From contig OZ241889.1 in the NCBI GenBank assembly GCA_965203355.1, forward strand, positions 3,976,280 through 4,040,279: a DNA stretch of 64,000 nt. Direction: 5' to 3'. This stretch comes from Candidatus Latescibacterota bacterium (GTDB taxonomy: Bacteria > Latescibacterota > UBA2968 > UBA8231). A model generated the notes under the pieces. It saw only the letters and a program-made list of their open reading frames with translations, ran no database searches and was not told the DNA's origin. Made by a program: the position numbers and the translations under genes. Every line of letters begins with the position of its first letter. The first letter of the stretch is position 1. Shown one piece after another: positions 40,631 to 50,817 of the stretch.

Positions 40631-42394
40631 TCAGGGAGCGTCTCCACCTTCCAACCACTCGCGGTCTGCGGCCAAGTAAATCTCCTCGACCTCCAAGTCG
40701 GCAAAGGCCGCAGACCAGCGCTGCCAACTCACCCGTTCCTCCTGCGCCTGCACCCGCAACCGCACCACGAAGGCAAAGCGATTGAGCGCGAACGTCAGCG
40801 TGGTGACCTTGCCGCCCCTCAGATCGACCTCTACCTGCTGAGTCTGTCCGCCATAACTCAACTCGACCCAATGCTTGCCAGCCGGCAGATTGTGGAAAAG
40901 CAGCCCCTGATAGCCGCGCTTGAGCAATTCGAGCGAGTAACGACCATCCAAGCGCACCGCGACATCCTCTGTGATCTCGCTGCCGATGGGCGCCAATACC
41001 AAAGCCAGCCAAGCGTCGAGATCGTCGAATAGCAACTCGTCGGCCGTGGCGGTGGCAAGGGCTAGCGGTGCCTCTTGTACCATGGCCACGGGCCTTTGTT
41101 CCGGCATCCAAGCGGGCGGCGGCAGTTGGGGCGTGATGCTGCTTTTGCGCGTCAGCGCATACACCAAGATATTGGTCCCCGCCATCAGCGCGTAGGTCGC
41201 CGGCGGCGTTTCTCCTTCTTCCGTGTTGAAGCTGGCCTGCCAATAATTCCCCAACCATAAGTCGCTGATCACGGCGACCAACTCGCCATCGAGTTCGACG
41301 CCCCACAACCCCTCTGGCGGTGGCAAGACCGTGCCTAGATCGCTGGCTCGGGCGATCTCCTGTTCTTCCTGCAAGGCCAAAATCTCATAGCGATTGTTGA
41401 CTGGATAATGCCAAGAGGGATTGTCTCCGGCGTCCTCAATGCGCGATTTATCCTCGCCGGGAAAGCCGCCGCCGAACTCGTAAAAGGAATGATATATCGG
41501 ATGCGAGGTCGGCAGGGGTCCCAAGCGCGCCTCAGGCCCCAAAATTTCGCGCAGTTGGTCCTTCATTTCGCGCAAATAGCGGTTGGTCCGGCGGCTGGTG
41601 CCCTCGATAAACAGGAATCCACCCTCGCGTAGATAGCGGCCCAAAAGTGCCTTCTCCTCCGCATTAAACTTGGTCAGGATGTTCGGGTCGTACGCAGACA
41701 AGGAGTCCTCAAAGAGGAAGTGGATGGGATCCTTGAGCAGTTGCTCGGACAAGAAGTACTCGTAGGTCTCGTCCCGCACCCGCGCCAACAGGTGAGTGTG
41801 GTCGCGCAAGTAGCGGCTCAGGGCGTCGAGCACGCCCCGCCCCGAACCAGCCCCATAGACGTGCAACTGGGTGAAGTTCACGTAGCCAGACAAGTCGCGT
41901 CGCGTCGCCCGACTGGGGATGATAGCGGCGTGATCCTTGTTCGCCCGAGCCATATCCTCTATCCGCAACAGATCCATCGCGGCAACGCCCATGCTATCCG
42001 CCAAACCCAACGACGAGGGCGAGATCAGCTTTTCGCGCTCCAAAATCGGCGCATCTTCCTTCGCGCCCGCGGCCAGCTCGCGCAACGCCAAAGGGGCTGT
42101 AGGGGACTCTATCTCGGGCGGAGTCATCTCGCTTTCTAGGCTGGGGTCGCGGACGGCCACGGCTGGCCGGTCGGCTCGCAGATACTCCATCTCCACTTTC
42201 AACGCCTCAAAGTCCAAGCGGGGCAAGGGCGTCGGGCGGGGGGGCTTAAACTGCGGCGGGATGCGGGCAAGGCGCACGCGGAAGGCTTCCGCGTCCAACT
42301 CTTCGCGCCACAGATGATCGCCTAGATAAAGCGCGGTGAGATGTAGCAGCAGCGATGCCAGCAAACAAATATAGGCGGTTCGGTGCCTGCGCAC
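40631..42394 (-). CDS. Membrane-anchored DUF4159-like protein with C-terminal PEGA/beta-sandwich-like region
   Basis: N-terminal TM segment (YICLLASLLLHLTALYL). The central block DPIHFLFEDS...LGRYLREGGFLFIEG...SHPIYHSFYEF fits my recollection of DUF4159. C-terminal NLPAGKHWVELSYGGQTQQVEVDLRGGKVTTLTF. Confidence 0.5.
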   Translation of the reverse strand: MRRHRTAYICLLASLLLHLTALYLGDHLWREELDAEAFRVRLARIPPQFKPPRPTPLPRLDFEALKVEMEYLRADRPAVAVRDPSLESEMTPPEIESPTAPLALRELAAGAKEDAPILEREKLISPSSLGLADSMGVAAMDLLRIEDMARANKDHAAIIPSRATRRDLSGYVNFTQLHVYGAGSGRGVLDALSRYLRDHTHLLARVRDETYEYFLSEQLLKDPIHFLFEDSLSAYDPNILTKFNAEEKALLGRYLREGGFLFIEGTSRRTNRYLREMKDQLREILGPEARLGPLPTSHPIYHSFYEFGGGFPGEDKSRIEDAGDNPSWHYPVNNRYEILALQEEQEIARASDLGTVLPPPEGLWGVELDGELVAVISDLWLGNYWQASFNTEEGETPPATYALMAGTNILVYALTRKSSITPQLPPPAWMPEQRPVAMVQEAPLALATATADELLFDDLDAWLALVLAPIGSEITEDVAVRLDGRYSLELLKRGYQGLLFHNLPAGKHWVELSYGGQTQQVEVDLRGGKVTTLTFALNRFAFVVRLRVQAQEERVSWQRWSAAFADLEVEEIYLAADREWLEGGDAP

Positions 42395-42477
42395 GGAGCG
42401 TCTCTCTTTCTGCGTCGCCCATCAGCGTGTGCGAGTGGTAGTATCTATAAATATAAATGATTGTAACAAAACGGTTT

Positions 42478-42506
42478 TTGCCAAGAAAACACGTGCTTGT
42501 TATCTT
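42478..42506 (+). promoter_or_regulatory. Sigma70-like promoter candidate upstream of aceE
   Basis: TTGCCA-17 nt-TATCTT, about 45 nt upstream of the aceE ATG. Motif match only. Confidence 0.25.
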
Positions 42507-42550
42507 TTTCAGCCGACTAAAACGGCCTACGCAAAGGAATTATTTCAGCC

Positions 42551-45211
42551 ATGAGCAACGCCCAAGAAATACAAGCCGAAATAAGCGAGTGGCTCGAATC
42601 CCTCGACTACGTGCTGGCCCATAGGACGCCCGCGCAAGTACTCAAACTCCTACAACAGCTCCAAACTCACGCCGCAGAAGCCGGCGTCGGCACGCCCTTC
42701 AGCGTCAATACCCCCTACATCAACACCATTCCCCGCGATCAGCAGCCCCCCTATCCGGGTAGCCGCGAGATCGAGCGGCGGATCAAAAGCATCGTGCGCT
42801 GGAACGCCATGGCCATGGTCGTGCGCGCCAATCGCGACAACTCCAACCTCGGCGGCCACATCTCGACCTACGCCTCTTCAGCCACCCTCTACGAGGTCGG
42901 CTACAACCACTTTTTCCGCGCCCCGAGCAACGGCCATTCCGGCGACCAGATATACTTCCAAGGGCATGCTTCCCCCGGCATGTACGCCCGCGCCTTCGTC
43001 GAAGGCCGCCTCAACGAACACCAGCTCGAAAACTTCCGCCGCGAATTGCAAGAAGGCGGTGGGCTCGCCTCCTATCCGCACCCTTGGCTAATGCCGAACT
43101 TTTGGCAGTTCCCAACCGTGTCTATGGGCTTGGGGCCCATCCTTTCGATCTATCAGGCGCGCTTCAACCGCTACCTCGAAAATCGCGGCCTCAAGCCCGC
43201 TGACGACAGCAAGGTGTGGGCCTTTTTGGGCGACGGCGAATGCGACGAGCCCGAGAGCTTGGGCGCACTCACCCTCGCTGCGCGCGAACAGCTCAACAAC
43301 CTCATCTGGGTCGTCAACTGCAACCTCCAGCGCCTCGACGGCCCCGTGCGCGGCAACGGGAAGATAATACAAGAACTCGAAGCGGTCTTCCGCGGCGCTG
43401 GCTGGAACGTCATCAAGGTGATCTGGGGCGATGACTGGGACCCGCTCTTGGAACAAGACGTCGACGGCAGCTTGGCCCAGCGCATGAACGAGGTCGTCGA
43501 TGGCCAGTATCAGAAGTATTCGGTATCCGACGGCAGCTACATCCGCCACGACTTCTTCGGCTCAAGCCCAAAACTAGCGGCCATGGTCGAGGACTACTCG
43601 GACGAACAACTCCAGAAAATGCGGCGCGGTGGCCACGATCCAGCCAAGGTCTATGCCGCCTACCAGCAAGCCATCGCCCAAAAAAGCGCACCCACCGTCA
43701 TCCTCGCCAAGACCGTCAAGGGCTACGGCATGGGCGAGGCCGGCGAGGGCAAGAACATCACCCATCAGCAAAAAAAGCTCAACGAAGACGAAATACGCCT
43801 TTTCCGCACCCGCTTTGGCATCCCCATCTCGGACGACGAGGTCGCGGAGACGCCGTTCTACCGGCCCCCGGACGACAGCCCGGAAATCCAGTACATCCGC
43901 CAGCGGCGAGAAAGCCTCGGCGGTTTTATACCCCAGCGGCAGATAGCGGCCCCGCCGCTGACCATGCCGCCGGAAACGCTGTGGGAAGAATTCAAAAAAA
44001 GCTCGGGGCGGCGCGAGTTTGCCACGACGATGGCCTTCGTGTCGGTCATGCGCAAACTCATGCAAGACAAGCAAATCGGCAAGTTAATCGTCCCCATCGT
44101 CCCGGACGAATCGCGCACCTTTGGCATGGAGCCGCTCTTCCGCCAGTTTGGGATCTATTCGAGCTTAGGCCAGCTATACGAGCCGGTTGATAAAGACGTC
44201 ATCACCTACTACAAAGAAGCCAAAGACGGCCAGATACTCGAAGAGGGCATCACCGAGGCTGGCTCTATGTCCTCCTTTATCGCGGCCGGCTCGGCCTATG
44301 CCACTCACGGCATCAACACCATTCCCTTTTTCATTTACTACTCAATGTTTGGGATGCAGCGGATCGGCGATTTGGTCTGGCTGGCCGGCGACATGCGGGT
44401 CAAGGGTTTCATGGTCGGCGGCACGGCCGGGCGCACCACGCTCAACGGCGAGGGGCTGCAACACGCGGACGGACACAGCCACCTGTTGGCCTATCCAGTG
44501 CCCAATCTCGAAGCCTATGATCCGGCCTTTGGCTACGAGATCGCCGTCATCATTCGCGAGGGCATTCGCCGCATGTATGTCGAGCAGGAGGACGTGTTCT
44601 ACTACCTGACGGTCGAAAACGACATCTACGCCATGCCGGAGATGCCCGACGGCGTCGAAGAAGGCATTCTCAAGGGCCTGTACAAGCTCAAGCCCTCGGC
44701 CAAGAAACGCGCCCGCCTCAAGGCCCACCTCTTCGGCAGCGGCGCAATCATCAACAGCACCCTCAAAGCACAGAGCATCCTCGAAGAAAAATACCAAGTC
44801 AGCGCCGATGTCTGGAGCATCACCAGCTACAAAGCCCTGCACCGCGACGGGCTCGATGCCGAGCGTTGGAACCGCATGCATCCCGACGAAAAGCCCCGTC
44901 TCAGCTACATCGAACAATGCCTAGCCAAAGAGCGCGGCGTGTACGTCATGGCCTCAGACTACGTCAAGGCCCTCCCGGAGTCCATTGCCCGCTGGTTTCC
45001 CAACCCGCCCGTCGCCCTCGGCACCGATGGCTTCGGCCGCAGCGAGACCCGCGAAGCCCTGCGAGATCACTTTGAGGTCGATTACCGCTTCATTGCCTTA
45101 GGAGCCTTGAGCGCTCTGGCACGCGAGGGACAAATCGAAAGCGACGCGGTCGTCCAAGCCATGCAAGACCTGGCGATTGACCCGGCAAAATCCAATCCCA
45201 TTTACCTGTGA
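42551..45211 (+). CDS. aceE: Pyruvate dehydrogenase E1 component, homodimeric type
   Basis: 886 aa. TPP motif FLGDGECDEPES...NCNLQRLDG. Confidence 0.95.
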   Translation: MSNAQEIQAEISEWLESLDYVLAHRTPAQVLKLLQQLQTHAAEAGVGTPFSVNTPYINTIPRDQQPPYPGSREIERRIKSIVRWNAMAMVVRANRDNSNLGGHISTYASSATLYEVGYNHFFRAPSNGHSGDQIYFQGHASPGMYARAFVEGRLNEHQLENFRRELQEGGGLASYPHPWLMPNFWQFPTVSMGLGPILSIYQARFNRYLENRGLKPADDSKVWAFLGDGECDEPESLGALTLAAREQLNNLIWVVNCNLQRLDGPVRGNGKIIQELEAVFRGAGWNVIKVIWGDDWDPLLEQDVDGSLAQRMNEVVDGQYQKYSVSDGSYIRHDFFGSSPKLAAMVEDYSDEQLQKMRRGGHDPAKVYAAYQQAIAQKSAPTVILAKTVKGYGMGEAGEGKNITHQQKKLNEDEIRLFRTRFGIPISDDEVAETPFYRPPDDSPEIQYIRQRRESLGGFIPQRQIAAPPLTMPPETLWEEFKKSSGRREFATTMAFVSVMRKLMQDKQIGKLIVPIVPDESRTFGMEPLFRQFGIYSSLGQLYEPVDKDVITYYKEAKDGQILEEGITEAGSMSSFIAAGSAYATHGINTIPFFIYYSMFGMQRIGDLVWLAGDMRVKGFMVGGTAGRTTLNGEGLQHADGHSHLLAYPVPNLEAYDPAFGYEIAVIIREGIRRMYVEQEDVFYYLTVENDIYAMPEMPDGVEEGILKGLYKLKPSAKKRARLKAHLFGSGAIINSTLKAQSILEEKYQVSADVWSITSYKALHRDGLDAERWNRMHPDEKPRLSYIEQCLAKERGVYVMASDYVKALPESIARWFPNPPVALGTDGFGRSETREALRDHFEVDYRFIALGALSALAREGQIESDAVVQAMQDLAIDPAKSNPIYL

Positions 45212-45225
45212 GTTTAGGCCGCACT

Positions 45226-46467
45226 ATGTCCGTACAATTTGCCCTGCCCGACTTGGGAGAAAACATTGAAAGCGGCGATGTAATCCGCATCCTCGTCGCC
45301 GTCGGCGACCCCCTCGCCGAAGATCAGACCGTTATCGAGCTCGAAACCGACAAAGCCGTCATTGAGGTGCCTTCTTCCGTAGATGGCACCGTTGCCGAAA
45401 TTCTCGTCCAACAGGGCGACACCATTGCCGTCGGGCAGCCCATCCTCGAAGTCGAGGTAGCCGCAGCCGAGGAAACGCCCCCACCACCGGCCGAGGAACC
45501 GACTTCAATCCCGACCACGCCGGTCTCGGTCCTCGAAGAAGCCCCGCCCACGCCGGCCCCGGTCTCTACAGACGGTCCCGTCCCAGCCGCGCCCTCAACG
45601 CGCCGCCTCGCCCGCGAAATTGGCGTCGATATCGCGCAGGTCCAAGGCGCGGGCCCGGGCGGCCGGATCTCCATCGACGACGTCAAGGCGCACTCAAAAA
45701 AGCTACACGCAGCTCGGGCGGCGGCTCCAGCCCCAACCGCCCCGCTGCCCGACTTTAGCCAGTGGGGCGCTGTCGAGCACCAGCCCATGACCAAGGTGCG
45801 CACGATAACGGCCGAGCGTCTCGCGCAGGCTTGGGCCACCATCCCGCAAGTCACCCAGTTCGACAAAGCCGACATCACCCGCTTGGAAAAGTGGCGCGCG
45901 GAATACGGCAAAAAGGCCGAAGCCGGCGGCGGCAAGCTGACGCCAACCGCGATCCTCATCAAAGTGCTCGGCATCGCCCTCAAGGTCTTTCCGCAGTTCA
46001 ACGCCAGCATCGACATGGCCCAGCGGAAAGTCGTGTACAAACGCTATTTCCACATCGGCATTGCCGTCGATACTCCCCACGGCCTGCTCGTGCCCGTGGT
46101 GCGCAACGTAGACCAAAAGAACATCATCGAATTGGCGGTCGAGTTGAGCGAAATGGCGCAAAAGACGCGCGAGCGCAAGATCGCGCCAGCCGACATGCAG
46201 GGCGGGTCCATGACCATCAGCAACGTCGGCACCATGGGCGGTACGGCCTTCACGCCCATCGTCAACCCACCCGAAGTGGCCATCCTCGGGGTGGCGCGCT
46301 CGCAAGTCGAACCCGCTTATATCGGCGGTCAGCTTCAGCCGCGCACCTTCCTGCCCCTGTCGCTGTCCTACGATCACCGCCTGATCGACGGGGCCGATGG
46401 TGCGCGTTTCCTCCGCTGGGTTTGCACGGCACTGGAAGACCCCTTTATCGCGCTCCTAGAAGGCTGA
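45226..46467 (+). CDS. aceF: Dihydrolipoamide acetyltransferase (E2)
   Basis: Single lipoyl domain (ELETDKAV), Pro/Ala linker, subunit-binding domain (PSTRRLAREIGVD), catalytic SYDHRLIDG. An alternative GTG start at 45208 overlaps the aceE stop. Confidence 0.9.
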   Translation: MSVQFALPDLGENIESGDVIRILVAVGDPLAEDQTVIELETDKAVIEVPSSVDGTVAEILVQQGDTIAVGQPILEVEVAAAEETPPPPAEEPTSIPTTPVSVLEEAPPTPAPVSTDGPVPAAPSTRRLAREIGVDIAQVQGAGPGGRISIDDVKAHSKKLHAARAAAPAPTAPLPDFSQWGAVEHQPMTKVRTITAERLAQAWATIPQVTQFDKADITRLEKWRAEYGKKAEAGGGKLTPTAILIKVLGIALKVFPQFNASIDMAQRKVVYKRYFHIGIAVDTPHGLLVPVVRNVDQKNIIELAVELSEMAQKTRERKIAPADMQGGSMTISNVGTMGGTAFTPIVNPPEVAILGVARSQVEPAYIGGQLQPRTFLPLSLSYDHRLIDGADGARFLRWVCTALEDPFIALLEG

Positions 46468-46475
46468 AGGCGGCC

Positions 46476-47891
46476 ATGGACAAAGCTCAGCTAGCGGTCA
46501 TCGGCGGCGGTCCCGGGGGATACGTCGCCGCCTTTAAGGCCGCGGACTTGGGGTTGGATGTCGCCCTGATCGATCCCGAAGCCCATCCGGGCGGCGTCTG
46601 TCTCTACCGAGGCTGCATCCCTTCCAAGGCCCTCCTGCACATTTCCAAGCTGCTCTACGAAGCCAAGGAAGCCGAGCACTGGGGCATCCAATTCGCCCAA
46701 CCCGAGATTGACCTCGACAAGCTGCGGACCAAAAAAGACGAGGTCGTCGCCCAGATGACGCAGGGCTTAGGCCAACTCGTCAGGGCGCGCAAGCTGACCT
46801 ACGTGCGGGGCCGCGCCCGCTTCCTCGACCCGCACACCCTACAAATCGACAAAGCCGACGGCAGCCAAGACTCCTTGCCATTTGAACAAGCCATCCTCGC
46901 CACGGGGTCGCGCCCAGCCGTGCCAGCGCTCTTTGATCAGCCGAGCGACCGGATCATGGACTCGACCGCGGCCGTCGCACTGCGCGACATCCCCGCCTCT
47001 ATGCTCGTCGTCGGCGGCGGCATCATCGGCCTGGAGCTGGGGCAGGTGTACGCGGCGCTGGGCACTCGAGTTTCGGTCGTCGAAATGCTGCCCGGGCTGA
47101 TCCCCCCGGCCGACCGCGACTTGGTCAAACCGCTGCACAATAAGGCCACCGAGCGCTTCGACGAGATCATGCTCAGCACCCAAGTGACCGCACTCGCAGA
47201 ACGCGACGATGGCTTAGCAGTACAATTACAAAACAGCGACGGCCAGCGCTTGGCCAAGACCTACGCCAAAATCCTGCTCGCCGTGGGCCGGATTCCCAAT
47301 AGCGAAGACTTGGGCTTGGAAAACACGGCCGTCGGCCTCGACGAGCGCGGCTACGTCCAAGTCGATGATCAACTGCGCACGGCCGAGGCTTCGATTTTCG
47401 CCATCGGCGATCTCGTCGGAGCAGCCCTCGCGCACACGGCCGCCCACCAAGGGAGCTTGGCCGCCGAGGTCGCCGCCGGGCACGAAAAACAGATATTCGC
47501 GCCCCAAGCCATTCCCAACGTCGTCTACACCGACCCGGAAATCGCCTGGTGCGGCCTCACCGAAGCAGAAGCCAAACAGCAGGGCCGCTCGGTCGCGGTC
47601 GCGCGCTTTCCTTGGTCGGCTTCTGGCCGCGCCGCAACCCAAGGCACCAGCGACGGCCTCACCAAGCTGCTCATCGACCCCCAGACCGACCGCATCCTAG
47701 GCGTGGGCATTGCCGGCCGGGGCGCCGGTGAGCTGATCGCCGAGGGCGTCTTGGCCGTGGAGATGGCCGCGCTTGCGGCCGATGTCCAGCTTTCGATTCA
47801 CCCCCATCCCACGCTCTCGGAAACCCTCATGGAAGCGGCCGAAAGCCACTACGGCCAAAGCACCCACCTCTACGCGCCCAAACGACGCTGA
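46476..47891 (+). CDS. lpd: Dihydrolipoyl dehydrogenase (E3)
   Basis: VIGGGPGGY, redox disulfide GGVCLYRGCIPSK, C-terminal HPHPTLSE. The ORF-track start at 45762 is an out-of-context extension across aceF. Confidence 0.93.
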   Translation: MDKAQLAVIGGGPGGYVAAFKAADLGLDVALIDPEAHPGGVCLYRGCIPSKALLHISKLLYEAKEAEHWGIQFAQPEIDLDKLRTKKDEVVAQMTQGLGQLVRARKLTYVRGRARFLDPHTLQIDKADGSQDSLPFEQAILATGSRPAVPALFDQPSDRIMDSTAAVALRDIPASMLVVGGGIIGLELGQVYAALGTRVSVVEMLPGLIPPADRDLVKPLHNKATERFDEIMLSTQVTALAERDDGLAVQLQNSDGQRLAKTYAKILLAVGRIPNSEDLGLENTAVGLDERGYVQVDDQLRTAEASIFAIGDLVGAALAHTAAHQGSLAAEVAAGHEKQIFAPQAIPNVVYTDPEIAWCGLTEAEAKQQGRSVAVARFPWSASGRAATQGTSDGLTKLLIDPQTDRILGVGIAGRGAGELIAEGVLAVEMAALAADVQLSIHPHPTLSETLMEAAESHYGQSTHLYAPKRR

Positions 47892-48583
47892 AGCACGACC
47901 TCCAGGGTCCTAAGATGCGCCTCCGCCCGCACCGCTAGCGGCCATTCGCTGGGCGTCTCGCTGATCAGCGCGTGTTCGGTGTGATGCGCATACAAGTAGG
48001 GTGCCAATCCAGCCTCGCCCCACTCTGGATCAATCAGGAAGACGCCTTCGGCAATCACTTTGTCGCTTTCGCCGGATTCTCCGTCAATCGGCATCACCGC
48101 GCGCACTTGCTCGACAATGGCCGGCCCGAGCCACTGCTGGTCGCGCTTGGCCTCATAGCAGTAAAACCCCGACGCCTCCCAGTCCTCGTGAAAGTCCAGC
48201 GCACAGTCAAAGTGCCGACCGCTCAGCAATGCTTTGAGTTGCGCCACGAGCGGCACTGCATCGCCGCCAAACTCCCGATTGCAATCCAAGCCGGCTTCGT
48301 TTTCGCGGGTATTGTGGACATAGCCGTGCGGATTGAGGCAGGGCAAGATCAGAAACTGACAACGCTGGACGAGACGCGGACTCAGTTTCTCGGCAAAGCG
48401 CAGCGCGGCTTCTGGCCCGGCTGGCTCGTCCCCGTGCAACCCGGCCGTCAGCAGGATTCGCGCCTGAGTACCGCTTCCTAATTCTAGGGCGTAAATCGGG
48501 TATCCACCGCACTCGGCTACTAGCTGTGTTGGCCCTACCGCCTGCAGACGATGCCACAACATCGCATAATCGCGTTTCTTCAT
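47870..48583 (-). CDS. M14-family zinc carboxypeptidase-like protein (MpaA/AstE-like)
   Basis: HxxE motif GLHGDEPAG, plus LPCLNPHGY and the second His in LDFHED. ATG at 48583 with a GAGGAGG SD. Confidence 0.7.
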   Translation of the reverse strand: MKKRDYAMLWHRLQAVGPTQLVAECGGYPIYALELGSGTQARILLTAGLHGDEPAGPEAALRFAEKLSPRLVQRCQFLILPCLNPHGYVHNTRENEAGLDCNREFGGDAVPLVAQLKALLSGRHFDCALDFHEDWEASGFYCYEAKRDQQWLGPAIVEQVRAVMPIDGESGESDKVIAEGVFLIDPEWGEAGLAPYLYAHHTEHALISETPSEWPLAVRAEAHLRTLEVVLQRRLGA

Positions 48584-48696
48584 TTTTACGGCCCTCCTCG
48601 GCCCTTTGCGCTGCTGTTGCACCTTGTTATTTTTAAGAACAGAACGCGCTGCTGGCGCGTCCCACTAGCTATCCACCTCAAACCTTTGCCATACCG

Positions 48697-50817
48697 ATGA
48701 CCAACAAAGCCAAATGGGCTTGGACAACGCTGTTTCTGAGCCTACTGGTCCTATTGCCTGCCGTCTATTTCTATTTCTCGGAATCCCCTAAGCCGCTCCC
48801 CACGCCGCAGCCGCCTAGCCCAATTGCCGCGCTGATCGCCGACGACCGCTGCGATCTCGCCTATCCCCAACTCGCGGCGCTAGATGCGACCCAACGCCCG
48901 CCGACCGCTCAAGCGCATATCGAGTTCCAGCGGGCGTTTTGCGAGCGCGTTCTCAAAGAGCCAAGCCGCGCGTACACTCGTTTGCGCGACCTCGACCTAC
49001 CGGGCTTGGACGACTACCGCCGCTTCTGGATGGCCCGCTCGCTAGAGGACCTGGGCCAGACGCACGATGCCATCGCCGAATACGAAAATTTTCTCGCTAC
49101 CTCGGCCAACCCGATCCTCCGCAACCCAGCCAGCCTGCGCTTGGCTTCCCTCTACCGTTCTTCCGGGCACTACGCCAAGGCCGTCCCCCTATACGAAGAA
49201 CAACTCGCGCAGAACGCCGATCCAGCGCGCGTGCTCTACTTGCTCGCAATCACGAGCCAAAAGCACGACTCGGCGCGGGCGCAAAATTGGCGTTTAGAAC
49301 TGCTGGAAAAACACCCCCACTCCGGGCACGCCCGCAAGAGTCTGTCGCACTTGCCCAAAAAGCTAGACGCCCGCACGGCTTATGCCAAGGCCCAAACCTA
49401 CTATAGCCACCGGCAATTCAACCAAGCCATCAAGAGCTTTCACAGCTTCATCCGCGAACACCGCGGCCATCAGCGCGTTGCCCAAGCGCACTACATGCTC
49501 GGCCAAGCCCACCTAGCGGCCGGGCACTACACCAAGGCCGAGCAAGTTTTTCGCACGGTTCACGATCGCTACGGTAAGCCAGCGGCCCTTTATCGCCTCG
49601 CCAGTCTCTCGGTCCGCAGAAACCGCGAAGACCAGGCCATTACGGCCTACGCGAACTTTGCCGAGCGCTATCCCCAGCACGACTTGGCCGACGACGCCCT
49701 GTGGCAAGCCGCCAAAGCCGCCGAGCGCAAAAGTCAGTTCGCCCGCGCCGAGGCACTCTATCGCCGCCTAGCCGAGCACTACCCGCAAACCGATTACGGC
49801 GACGAAGCGCGTTGGAGCGTCGGTTTCGCGCTCTATTGCCAAGCGCAATACTCCGAAGCCTTGGCCGCTTTTGAGCGCACCAGTCAGCAGGCGCGCCAGC
49901 CCCACCTCATCGACCAATCCCTGTATTGGGCGGGAAAAAGTGCCGAGCGGCTCGGTCAAACAAAGGACGCCACCGCGTTCTACCGCCGCGCGGCCACCGG
50001 ATTCCCCCGCTCGTACTACTCGGCCCGCGCTGTCCAACTGGGCCATAGAGACCAAGTTCAACTCAAGGGACGATCCGCCGACAGCTTCGGCCAAGGCGTC
50101 CCACCGCTGGCGCACCGGGCCCACCTAGAACGCGCTGGCTTGCTGAACCAACTAGGGCTGAGGGATTGGTCAAGAGCCGAGATGGAGCAAGCCGTCCTCG
50201 ACCACACGGGCCACAAGGCTGCGCTCAAGGCCATCCGCGACTACTACGAAGCACTCGGCTATCGCGACCAAGCACTGCGGCTGTCGATGCGCCTGTTCGA
50301 CGGGCAAGACCCGGCCGAACTGTCGCGCATCTACCCGACTTACTACTGGGCAGAGATCGCCGCGGCCGCAGCCGAGGCCCAAATCGACCCTTATCTGGTC
50401 TTATCGGTAATTCGCCAGGAAAGCACGTTTAACGAAAAAGCGGTGTCGCGGGCCGGCGCTAGAGGCCTGATGCAGATCATGCCCCACACCGGCCTCAATC
50501 TCGCGCGGCAGTTGGCGGTAAAACCCTTTGAACTGCAGGCACTCTTTGATCCGGCCGTTTCCATCCGCTTGGGTAGTTATTTTCTCGGCGACCAAATGCG
50601 CCAATTTGCCGCCAGCGCGGGCGCGGACTTGGGCTTTGAACTGGGCTTGGCCGCGTACAACGCCGGCCCGCACAACGCCCGCCGATGGCTCAAGACCTTT
50701 CCCTCCGAGGACCCGGACGCCTTCGTCGAGCACATCCCCTTCAAAGAAACCCGCCTCTACGTCAAGCTAGTCCTCAAAAACTACGCCATTTACAAGGCCC
50801 TGTCCGATGACGCCTGA
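48697..50817 (+). CDS. Slt70-like soluble lytic transglycosylase with TPR-like superhelical N-domain
   Basis: N-terminal TM/signal segment, long helical repeat region, SLT catalytic block VIRQESTFNEKAVSRAGARGLMQIMP...AYNAGP. Confidence 0.85.
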   Translation: MTNKAKWAWTTLFLSLLVLLPAVYFYFSESPKPLPTPQPPSPIAALIADDRCDLAYPQLAALDATQRPPTAQAHIEFQRAFCERVLKEPSRAYTRLRDLDLPGLDDYRRFWMARSLEDLGQTHDAIAEYENFLATSANPILRNPASLRLASLYRSSGHYAKAVPLYEEQLAQNADPARVLYLLAITSQKHDSARAQNWRLELLEKHPHSGHARKSLSHLPKKLDARTAYAKAQTYYSHRQFNQAIKSFHSFIREHRGHQRVAQAHYMLGQAHLAAGHYTKAEQVFRTVHDRYGKPAALYRLASLSVRRNREDQAITAYANFAERYPQHDLADDALWQAAKAAERKSQFARAEALYRRLAEHYPQTDYGDEARWSVGFALYCQAQYSEALAAFERTSQQARQPHLIDQSLYWAGKSAERLGQTKDATAFYRRAATGFPRSYYSARAVQLGHRDQVQLKGRSADSFGQGVPPLAHRAHLERAGLLNQLGLRDWSRAEMEQAVLDHTGHKAALKAIRDYYEALGYRDQALRLSMRLFDGQDPAELSRIYPTYYWAEIAAAAAEAQIDPYLVLSVIRQESTFNEKAVSRAGARGLMQIMPHTGLNLARQLAVKPFELQALFDPAVSIRLGSYFLGDQMRQFAASAGADLGFELGLAAYNAGPHNARRWLKTFPSEDPDAFVEHIPFKETRLYVKLVLKNYAIYKALSDDA

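Noticed and set aside
40563-41306. 247-aa minus-strand ORF overlapping the DUF4159-like gene in another frame
   Set aside because: Arg/Gly-rich low complexity, nested in a longer ORF that has recognisable domain blocks.
45762-46475. 238-codon upstream extension of the lpd ORF
   Set aside because: It lies out of frame across the aceF catalytic domain. The conserved Lpd N-terminus (MDKAQLAVIGGGPGGY) begins at the ATG at 46476.
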